Below, piece after piece: positions 54,503 to 64,000 of a stretch of 64,000 bases of DNA. Position numbers and translations under genes: made by a program. The notes below the pieces were generated by a model. It was not told where the DNA came from. It did not search any database and was given only the letters and a program-made list of their open reading frames with translations. Source of the stretch: the human T2T-CHM13v2.0 reference genome, Homo sapiens. Numbering within the stretch: position 1 is the stretch's first letter; each line of letters begins with the position of its first letter. The stretch spans positions 25,440,001 to 25,504,000 of the forward strand of contig CP086569.2 in NCBI GenBank assembly GCA_009914755.4, written 5' to 3'.

Positions 54503-54645
54503 TTGGGAGAATTGCTTGAGCCCAGGAAGTCAAGGCTGCAGTGAGCCATCACTGCACCACTGCACTGTAGCCCAGGGTGACAGAGTGAGAGACTGTTTCA
54601 AAAAAAAAAAAAGAAAAGAAAAGAAAAAGAAAAAGGAAGTTGTGC
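54503..54645 (+). mobile_element. 5'-truncated Alu (right-arm 3' ~110 bp) with A-rich (GAAAA)n tail. TSD is aagaagttgt / aaggaagttgt.
   Basis: ttgcttgagcccaggaagtcaaggctgcagtgagccatcactgcaccactgcactgtagcccagggtgacagagtgagagactgtttcaaaaaaaaaaaaagaaaagaaaagaaaaagaaaaagg. The flanks are ctcaagaagttgttttggga and aaaaaggaagttgtgcaaaac. Confidence 0.8.
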
Positions 54646-54779
54646 AAAACATCCAGCAAATCACCAGTGAATATTTTAAAAGTCACAATAAATGATGATA
54701 AAAGACCTAAACTATACCTTTTATACAGGTATAGTGTAGTGATAAAGTACCCTGGCATAAAAATCATACTGCCTGGTTT

Positions 54780-55040
54780 TGTACCATGGCTTCTCAACTT
54801 ACTTGGTAGGTGATTGTGGATAAATTATTTAAGCACTCTATACCCAAGTTTCTTATACAATGAAGATATGAGCAGTTGTAATAGATATATACAGATATAT
54901 TAATAGAGTTGTGAAGATAAAATGCAAACCCATGTAAGGCACTTAGAATAAAACCTGGCACACGTTTGCTGCTACTACCATGACCAGAACTACTATCATC
55001 ATGACCAATACTCTTACTACTACATTATTTTCATTGTCAT
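54780..55040 (+). mobile_element. MIR SINE (plus), 3' two-thirds
   Basis: ...gtaggtgattgtggataaattatttaagcactctatacccaagtttcttatacaatgaagatatgagcagttgtaatagatatatacagatatattaatagagttgtgaagataaaatgcaaacccatgtaaggcacttagaataaaacctggcacacgtttgctgctactaccatgaccagaactactatcatcatgacc matches the MIR 3' half (...gtgaccttgggcaagttacttaacctctctgtgcctcagtttcctcatctgtaaaatgg...gttgttgtgaggattaaatgagttaatacatgtaaagcgcttagaacagtgcctggcaca...). Confidence 0.65.
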
Positions 55041-55437
55041 ATTAAAAGCTCATCAGTAATAATTTGGAAAATAAAGAAAGGATAGGTGTGCTACAATATT
55101 CATCACATCTAAATCAAAGAGTTCCCCTTAATTATTTTTACCAGGTATGGCTAACTCATTTGGAAGAGGACTTAATTCCCTTGAAATATTCTCCATGAAG
55201 CTTCATAGGGTTACCTAAGTAAAATAAAACTACTCCAAGTAGATGAATGAAAAAAGAAATAATCATAATTTCCAAGGAGAGAACAACGCTGCTTTCTCTA
55301 GAATGATAACAAAATAAATTTTGTCTGGAATCCAATGGGAAATTGGGTTTTGAAGTAGCTTTAGAGTCCTATACCTCAAATCTGTTGAGGAGAGAATGGT
55401 ATTTAAACATGTTCACTCCAAACAGGAAAGGAACTAA

Positions 55438-55812
<375 letters not shown>

Positions 55813-55963
55813 TAGCTTATAATATATAAAAATATAATTAAAGACATACTATATAAATATTTTATAGTATATGTCTAATACTGACCACTGAGGATGCTGT
55901 GGTCATTAATTACAGAATATCTAATGGTCTTATAAGATAGTTTATTATTGATTGAACTATGCC

Positions 55964-56267
55964 CTTTTTTTTTTTTTTTTTGAGACAGAGTCTCACTCTG
56001 TTGCCCAAGCTGGAGTGCAGTGGCACAATCTCAGGCTCAATGCAACCTCTGCCTCCTGGGTTCAAGCAATCCTCCCACCTCAGCCTCCCTAGTAGCTGGG
56101 ACTACAGGCGCATGCCACCACACTCAGCTAGTTTTTGCATTTTTTAATAGAGAAGACGGAGTTTCACCATGTTGGCGAGACTGGTCTCGAACTCCTGACC
56201 TCAGGTGATCTGCCCGGCTCAGCCTCTCAAAGTGCTAGGATTACAGGCATGAGCCACGATGCCTGGC
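55964..56267 (-). mobile_element. Alu SINE (minus), poly-T at 55964..55981
   Basis: ccctttttttttttttttttgagacagagtctcactctgttgcccaagctggagtgcagtggcacaatctcaggctcaatgcaacctctgcctcctgggttcaagcaatcctcccacctcagcctccctagtagctgggactacaggcgcatgccaccacactcagctagtttttgcattttttaatagagaagacggagtttcaccatgttggcgagactggtctcgaactcctgacctcaggtgatctgcccggctcagcctctcaaagtgctaggattacaggcatgagccacgatgcctggcc. Confidence 0.93.
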
Positions 56268-57601
56268 CAATGTCCTGTATATTAACATAAGATTACATCC
56301 ACAAAAGTTCTTCAGACATCCTAAAAACACCTTCTTTAATATCAACCTGGAAGTAAATATGGATAGCTACTGGGGGCGGGGGTAGGGGGACAGACTTAGG
56401 GGGATCATGGGAATCACAGACCTATGCCTACAGACTTTATGAATTCAAGATGTCATTTGATCTAATTCTAAGACTTCAGGTAGACACAAAAAATGTATTC
56501 TTATTTTACGGATGAGTCAATAAAAGCCTAAGGAGATGCTAAAACACCCAAGGTAACAATGTTATATACCTAAAGGGATTTTAACCATGTTCTCCTGCTT
56601 CCGGTATAGTTTTTCTTATATTGCACCACAATGAACACTGTTTCCTCCACTCAGTACCATGGTATTCTAGCTATGTAGATTTATGTAGCAAGACATTTCT
56701 TCTGGCAAATCCTGCAATATCGGGAACTAATGGATAACAATGTCTTGCATTAAACTTCTCCTAGCATCCCGACATTTCCCAAAAATCTGTCATAATCAAC
56801 ACTCCATTCTTGGGAAAGTATGATTTTTACATTTCTAGAAATTTCCATCAACATGGTATAAGACTGCCATGAACAAACTATAAACATTAAAAATATCAGG
56901 GATAAATTCTTCTTTGGAGGATGCAGTTGACTCTACAGTTGCTAGGACACTATGAGGTAAATTTTAGTTTAAATTTTCCTTGCTGTTCCTAATTGGGAAG
57001 GGGAGGCTAATACTATGGTACAATAGAAAGAACAGGCACCTGGATTCTAGTTTTAGCTCTGCCATTAATTACTTGTTTGATCTTAAGTGAATCAATCTCT
57101 TGGAACTCTAGTTTCTTCATCTGTAAAACAAAGGGGTAAATCTAAAATTTTAAAGATCCCATTTAGCTTTAAACCATGATGAATCCATATTTATACTGAT
57201 TCTGAACAAACGGCCTCTAAGTCTGCTCACCAAATGTCTATTCTCAGTCTGGCCAAATACTACATTTCTTTTATTTCATGGGTTACTTTCTTTAATACTG
57301 ACCAACAGAACTTTGTGTAATAATGGAAATGTTGTATACCTGCACAGCCCAATATGGTTGCCACTAGTCACATGTGGTCACTGAGCAGTTAAAAGAGGAA
57401 CTAAATTTTAAATTTAATTTTAATTATTTAAATTTGAGTAGCCACACATGGCTACTGATTACCATACTGCACACCACAGCTCTAGAAGTCCTGAGAATTC
57501 AATTAAAAGACAATATTATCAAGCCCTCTCCTCAAACCTGAAAACCAGATCCAACTCATAAAACTTAAACTTAACAAAATTTCATCAAAAATGCAATTTG
57601 T

Positions 57602-57888
57602 GGCTGGGCACGGTGGCTCATGCCTGTAATTCCAGCATTTCAGGAGGCCGAGGCGGGCAGATTACCTGAGGCCAGGAGTTTGAGATCATTCTGGCCAACA
57701 CAGTGAAAGCATGTCTCTACTAAAAACAGAAGAAATTGCATAGTGGCCTACACCTGTAATCCTAGCTACCGGGGAGGCTGAGGCATGAGATTCACTTGAA
57801 CCTGGGAAGCAGAGGTTGCAGTGAGATCGCACCACTGCACTCCGGCCTGGGCGACAAGAGTGGGACTCTGTCTCAAAAAAAAAAAAAA
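57602..57888 (+). mobile_element. Alu SINE with poly(A). Clean 15-bp TSD aaaaatgcaatttgt (57587..57601 and 57881..57897).
   Basis: ggctgggcacggtggctcatgcctgtaattccagcatttcaggaggccgaggcgggcagattacctgaggccaggagtttgagatcattctggccaacacagtgaaagcatgtctctactaaaaacagaagaaattgcatagtggcctacacctgtaatcctagctaccggggaggctgaggcatgagattcacttgaacctgggaagcagaggttgcagtgagatcgcaccactgcactccggcctgggcgacaagagtgggactctgtctcaaaaaaaaaaaaaa. The flanks are caaaaatgcaatttgtggctggg and aaaaaaaatgcaatttgttagtc. Confidence 0.95.
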
Positions 57889-59168
57889 TGCAATTTGTTA
57901 GTCAGCTAAGTTTAAAAGCAATTGATTCCATTTTCTTCTCAAAGTTCTCATTTTTCTCCTATGCTTCATGGAGGTGGTATTAGAGTAATCTTACATTTTT
58001 ATATGTGGTACTTTAAATAGTGCCATATAGTGCTGGGGTTCCCACCTTTACAACAGTTCTATAGATATAGCAAATAGGAGTAAGCCCACAGATACAGCAC
58101 ACTTTAGAGCTACTTTTTCCCAATTGCAGCATTTATACTCTGCTGTCTCTGTACGCCTTTCCCTGTATCACCCTACTTTCCCTCTGCCCCCTTTGACAAA
58201 GAGCGCTCCAAGAAAACAGGCTGTTACCTCCTCGAGCAGGCCTGCATAACAGAACGAAGGTCAAGAGATGCGTGGAAACGAATAGCCAGAAAGGTAAGTG
58301 GCTGCTGGGAAAGACTGCAGTCTCAGCACCCGGTCTCCCTTGGACACTGGAAAAGGCTTGCACTGCCACTGCTATACAGCAAGCCAGAGGCAAAGCTTGC
58401 AATTTGCTAAGGAGCTGCTACTAAGGAGGAGGAGAAGGAAGGGGAGGAGAAAAGGGAAAGAAGGCAAAATCTTGGGCCTCGGCAGAGCCAATGCTGCTAA
58501 TAGTTCCCAAAATAACATTCAATTAGATACATGTTTTATACACTGTACCAAACCAATCAATACTACTTCTCATTTGACAGGGAGGGGAGAGAGAGAAATT
58601 ATTCCTCATGTGAAAGAAGACAGAGCAAAGAGAGATGCAGCATTCTCATTCTGGATCCTATTTCATCTGCCCTTGAGCTACCCTAGTTGCTGCATCCATC
58701 CAACTGAGCTGTAAATACTGCCTCACTTGAGGCTCAGGCATAGCCAGCTGGCAAATGCCAACAGCTGTGAAGAGACAGATAGATAAAAAAGGAACACCTG
58801 ACACACAGAAATGCAGGAACAAATTTCATATCTGCTATAAATGGGATAAACCTAGATAGATAAAGAGTTTACATACCACTCAATTTGATAAGCTAGCTAC
58901 AGATCAGGAAGATTTCCAGGTCTAATATGTGTCACATATCAAAATATGATCTGATTTCATAGTTTAGGACAATTGCATTCAAATGCTCATGTGCCATTTT
59001 TGGCCTCTCTAATCTGACACTGAGATCAGAGCTCATGTTTAAGCAACGAATCAAAGCTACAATTCCATTAAGAATTTTTTAAGAAAGAATTTCCCTCAGC
59101 CAAACTAAGCATTTCTTAAATCTAGACCTATAATTAACTGGCCCCAAATGTCAAGAGTGCTGAGTTTG

Positions 59169-59424
59169 CAGGGGGTGAAGTCAGCAAATTTTGTCTGTAA
59201 AGGGCCAAACAGTAAATCTTTCAGGTTTTGCAGGCCTACTCAACAGCTCTGTTGTGAGGCCAAAGCAGTCACAGACAACACATAAATGAATGGGCAAGGC
59301 TGTGTGACTACTGCTTGCTGTGCTACACCAGCAGAAGGGAGCAGCTGCAACAGAAACCATGTGGCTTGAAAAGTCTAAAATATTTATTATCTGGTCCTTT
59401 GCAGAAAACATTTGCTGATCCCTG
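59169..59424. mobile_element. Copy 3 of the CAGrGGyCAGCAAAcT-type MITE (~255 bp, full length)
   Basis: cagggggtgaagtcagcaaattttgtctgtaaagggccaaacagtaaatctttcaggttttgcaggcctactcaacagctctgttgtgaggccaaagcagtcacagacaacacataaatgaatgggcaaggctgtgtgactactgc...aaaagtctaaaatatttattatctggtcctttgcagaaaacatttgctgatccctg. The terminal inverted repeats are cagggggtgaagtcagcaaatttt and aaaacatttgctgatccctg. ORF 59181..59411(-) lies inside it and is not credible as a gene. Confidence 0.65.
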
Positions 59425-60892
59425 CTCTAGACGCTAAGTTATATATCACCAAGCTATGGCTCAGAGAAGTCCTTTTGCTTTAGAGAAAGTGTGAGTCTGG
59501 TGTTTCTGTGACCTACCTTAGATAACTACTATATCATCTTGAATTCTTTTCCATGTGAACATTTGTTCCATTAAAAACATGCCAGCCTCAGTGCCAAAGC
59601 CACTTGCACAATGACAATGCTTTTACTTATGTAGGTCACTCTACAGTTAATTCACTGGTCAGAACAAGTGTTACTGATGGTAAGAATGGCAGATTCAAGC
59701 ACCAACAAGGCCAGTGAGTGCTGCTTTATTTCACACACATCAGCTATACCAGCTGGACCTGGCCAACTGTCTCAAATATTTATCATTTACTACAAAGTAG
59801 ACCAAGACAAATTCAGCACCACCACTAATTTTTTTTAATAAGATAGCCCAAGAAACTAAACACACAAAATGTATATGGAAATAACCTATATATCAAACAA
59901 TAAGGGGAATGGTTAAATAAAGAAAGTTCATATGATAAAATATTATAGACATTAAAAGACAAACTAAAAAGTACCATATATATGTAAGTTCCAAAATATT
60001 CATATCTGGAATATATAAAAAACTTTTACCCATTTTTTTAAAAAGAACCAACCTAATGACAACAACAAAATCAACAAAATACATAATCAGGAAATTCACA
60101 AAAAAGGAAACCAGAAAAGCATATAAACATAAGAGAAAATGTTGTTTCACTAGTAATAAAAAAAATGCAAATTAAAATGAGAAATGATTTCATCTTCCTT
60201 AGATTACCAAAAAAGCAGCAACAAAAAAAAAAAAAACAAAAACATTTTAAGTCTAACCTAGTTGTAAAGAATTAGAAACTCACATACATTGCTGGTGAGA
60301 GTGAAGAGGAGAGCAATCAGGCAGTGTCCAGTGAGATGCACTTACCCTATAGACCCAGAAATTCCATTTGGAAATAAATACTGTTGAGAAACTCTTGCAC
60401 GTTTGTGTCAAGAAACATGAACAAGAATGTAAACAGCAGCATCATTAGTATTAGGGGAAGAAAAAAAAAGACCTAAACACCTAAATGTCCATCAGCACAG
60501 GAAAAAAACAAAAACAAACTGTGGTATAATGGTACAATGGACTAAACTAAGCATTTAGAGTGAACAGACAGAATGCTAAGTGACAAGAGCAAGTTTCAGA
60601 ATGATGTGTGCAGGTTATACCATTTATATAAAGTATTAAAACATGTAAAAGAATTATATAAGTATGCAAATGAAAAATAATAGTAATAAAAATTTGAGAA
60701 TGATAAATAGCAAATTCAGGATAGTGATTAATTTTAGGGAGAGAGTCAAGAGATGAGACTGAGGAGAGATACACAGGAGCTTAGCTATATTTTATTCTTA
60801 ATAACTGAAGCAAATATGGCAAAATATTGGGATTTGATCAGACCAGAAGATGGAGAGATTGGGTGTTTGTGATATTTAGTAACTTTTTGTTT

Positions 60893-61203
60893 TCATTTTT
60901 TTTTTTTTTTTTGAGATGAGGTCTTGCTCTGCCACCCAGGCTGGAGTACAGCTGGCATGATCATAGCTCACTACAGCCTCAAGTGGGCTCAAGTGATCCT
61001 CCCACATCAGCCACTTGAGAAGCTGGGATTACAGGCACAGGCTCCCATGCCTGGCTAAATTTTTTTTTTCTTTATAATTCTCTGTAGAGATGAGGTCTCA
61101 CTATGTTGCCCAGGCTTGTCTCCAACTCCTGAGTGCAAGTGATCCTCCCACCTCTGCCTCCCAAAGTGCTAGTATTACAGGCATAAGCCACTGCACCTGG
61201 CCA
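60893..61203 (-). mobile_element. Alu SINE (minus) with an internal short duplication (gggctcaagtgggctcaagtgatcc)
   Basis: tttttttttttttttttgagatgaggtcttgctctgccacccaggctggagtacagctggcatgatcatagctcactacagcctcaagtgggctcaagtgatcctcccacatcagccacttgagaagctgggattacaggcacaggctcccatgcctggctaaattttttttttctttataattctctgtagagatgaggtctcactatgttgcccaggcttgtctccaactcctgagtgcaagtgatcctcccacctctgcctcccaaagtgctagtattacaggcataagccactgcacctggcc. ORF 61072..61305(-) is Alu-derived. Confidence 0.92.
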
Positions 61204-62317
61204 ATAATCTTTTAAAAGAAAAAGCCATACACAGCATGATCTCAAAATAAATAAAATATATAAAGATGTTAGCAGTGATATTGCTGATGGTAAGAATACG
61301 GGCAATTTTTATTTTCTATTTAAAATACAGTTATTGTGGGAAATTTTGTAAACTTTTTAAAAGGTTAGAAACTTTTAACTTTGAAAAATGATCATTAATA
61401 TTTAAAGGACTGTTCCAAACAGTAAGATATACATAAAAGAGATGTATTTGTATTTCACACTTTTTTTTATTACCATAGTTCAAAGTGATATAGAAAGCAC
61501 AGGTACTCCTCAGTATATGCTAAATACTAAAGGAAGCTAAATATGCCAGAAAAAAATTGGTCGGCCATAGGGGGCAAAGAGACAGAATAGAGGTCGGATG
61601 TGGTAGAAAAAGGAGTTCTAGCTTGCATAAGTAGGCAATCAGGAAAAGACCTGTGTTAGCATAGGTGGACTCTCTGTATTACGACCAGTAGATTCACAGA
61701 CTCGCCTACTCTCACCAACTCCTAGAAATCGGTCTCCAGCTCCTGTAATCACTAGGATGGCCTCCAATGGGGGAAAAGGGTGGTATCTGGGGAAGCAGAA
61801 AAGCTCTTAGACCTGTGGTTCTTAACCTTTATTGAAATCTAACCCATCTTTAACAATCAGATAAGAAATGCAATCTCCTACCCCTAAAAAAGCACTTACG
61901 TATACACAAAATTTGGCTAGCAATTTCAGGGATTTCTGAACTTTCCATTAGCTCAGATTATGAAGGAAAGGATCTAGAAAGAAAGAACTCCCTAAAAGAC
62001 CTAAATTCGATTTATCTTCAGAGAAAGCCTCTAAAATAAGTCCATTATTTTCACTTTCCAATTACCCTACTTTGCAGATGAATCCAATTCCTTTAAGACT
62101 CAGTGGCATATTTTTTTTTCTTTTTTGAGTCAGGTTTCCTGAGGTAAGTTTACATATGGTAAAATTTGTCCTTTTTAGCAAATAGGTCTGTGAGTTCAAG
62201 TTTTGACAAATGCATAAAGTCTCTGTCACTGTAATCAAGATACAGAACAATTCTGTCACCCTCCAAAACTCACTCATGCTACTTGGTAGTCACCCCAGTC
62301 CTAGCCTAAGGAAAATT

Positions 62318-62430
62318 TTTTTTAACTTTTATTTTTTATTTATTTATATAGGTAAACTCATGTCACAGAGTTTGTTGTGCAGATTATTTCATCAGCCAGG
62401 TACTAAGCCTACTACCCAATAGTTATTTTT
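62318..62430 (-). mobile_element. Short L1 3'-end fragment (last ~100 nt of 3'UTR plus poly(A), minus strand), a severely 5'-truncated L1 insertion
   Basis: aaaattttttttaacttttattttttatttatttatataggtaaactcatgtcacagagtttgttgtgcagattatttcatcagccaggtactaagcctactacccaatagttatttt is the reverse complement of the canonical L1 3' terminus (...tattgggtagtaggcttagtacctggctgatgaaataatctgcacaacaaactctgtgacatgagtttacctat...aaaa). Confidence 0.8.
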
Positions 62431-62861
62431 AAAACTCACTGTTGAAGAAACACATTGACATTTTCTCACACTAGAAAGTAATATATAAACCAACAACTGC
62501 CTTAGCTCATTAAGTCAGATGTTGGCCACTATACTAAACTGTAGATTATAACAAAAAAAGTGCTATTCTACCCACAACTAACCACCATTCTCGAAGTTCT
62601 AGGAAGGTAGGGACTACTCTTCATCATTACATCATTAAAATTTAGCATTGTGCCTACCCTTTATTTGGTACTCTAAAACAATTATTGAACTGAATTAAGG
62701 TTATGGATGAAATTCAGAATCTGAGCTATTCAGTTTTGTTTTAGAGTTGACCCTAATTCTCTACATATTTATTTACCATTTTTAAAGTTTGGTCAACAGT
62801 GTATTGGTTCATGCGCTCATTTTGTTCATTCTATTCAACCAGTTTCCCATTTTACCTTTCT

Positions 62862-63135
62862 TTTCTTTTTTTTGAGACAGAGTCTTGCTCTGTCACCCAG
62901 GCTGGAGTGCAGTGATCACTGCAACCTCTGCCTCCTGGGTCTAAACGACTCAGCCTCTCAAGTAGCTAGGACTACAGGCAGGCACCACCATGCCTGGCTA
63001 ATTTTTTGTATTTTTAGTACAGACGGGATTTCACCATGTTGGCGAGGCTGGTTTCGAACTCCTGACCTCAGGTGATCCGCCCGCCTCAGCCTCCCAAAGT
63101 GCTGGGATTACAGGCATGAGCCACCATCCCCAGCC
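62862..63135 (-). mobile_element. Alu SINE (minus) with an internal deletion in the left arm (gcagtgatcactgcaacc). TSD is approximately ttaccctttctt.
   Basis: ttcttttttttgagacagagtcttgctctgtcacccaggctggagtgcagtgatcactgcaacctctgcctcctgggtctaaacgactcagcctctcaagtagctaggactacaggcaggcaccaccatgcctggctaattttttgtatttttagtacagacgggatttcaccatgttggcgaggctggtttcgaactcctgacctcaggtgatccgcccgcctcagcctcccaaagtgctgggattacaggcatgagccaccatccccagcc. The flanks are cccattttacctttcttttc and ccaccactttacccttcttta. ORF 62872..63075(+) is Alu-derived. Confidence 0.9.
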
Positions 63136-63335
63136 ACCACTTTACCCTTCTTTACCTATTCCAAATCTCTGTTCTGAAGCAAGATCTTGTAAGGGAGTTG
63201 GACATATTAAGTACTGATAATTAAAATTTAAGACAAAAATTGCCACAAAGAGATAGCTCTGGAGAGGAAATCTGAGGAGTATCAGGAATAAAATATTGCA
63301 AGGGGATGATCTGGGCAGAATCTAAAGAGAATAAG

Positions 63336-64000
<665 letters not shown>

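Noticed and set aside
58133-58402. 89-aa minus-strand ORF overlapping the candidate plus-strand exon
   Set aside because: It runs antisense to the better-supported plus-strand frame that ends in a consensus donor. It has no splice or start context of its own. It is probably a by-product of the locally GC-richer composition.

Overview
This 64-kb window is primate, almost certainly human, nuclear DNA and not a microbial locus. It is AT-rich and CpG-depleted. Roughly half of it is recognisable interspersed repeat, with about 25 Alu copies on both strands, including two AluY-like young copies, plus L1 elements of at least three ages. (1) A ~5-kb young L1PA-type element at 38500..43450 has a complete 5'UTR, a prematurely stopped ORF1 and a disrupted ORF2. 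(2) An L1 with a twin-priming 5' inversion lies at 11961..13325. (3) Ancient L1M-type pieces lie at ~26385..27470, 35715..36730, 44880..45815 and 46297..50596. The window also holds MIR SINE fragments, a Tigger1-derived MER2 element, several hAT/Charlie-type DNA-transposon relics and MITEs (one family in three copies), and simple repeats. None of the six-frame ORFs is a convincing host protein-coding gene. The long ones are L1 ORF1/ORF2 remnants or Alu read-through. Three short unique-sequence stretches with open frames and canonical splice signals (31742..31931 minus, 36907..37046 minus, 58130..58293 plus) are flagged only as candidate exons. Otherwise the region looks like gene-poor intronic or intergenic sequence. 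I see no undescribed functional system here. The noteworthy observations are structural. (a) The young L1 is 3'-truncated with no poly(A) yet is flanked by a perfect 12-bp direct repeat. (b) A tRNA-Glu-like 5' half plus (GA)n insert with a 10-bp target-site duplication sits inside an L1M. (c) A Charlie-type transposon is split by an L1M and an Alu and carries a nested hAT MITE with an 8-bp TSD. (d) An LTR-like fragment carries three TGAGTCA sites. All coordinates are read by eye from the sequence and may be off by a few bases. Repeat family names are from memory and should be confirmed with RepeatMasker/Dfam.
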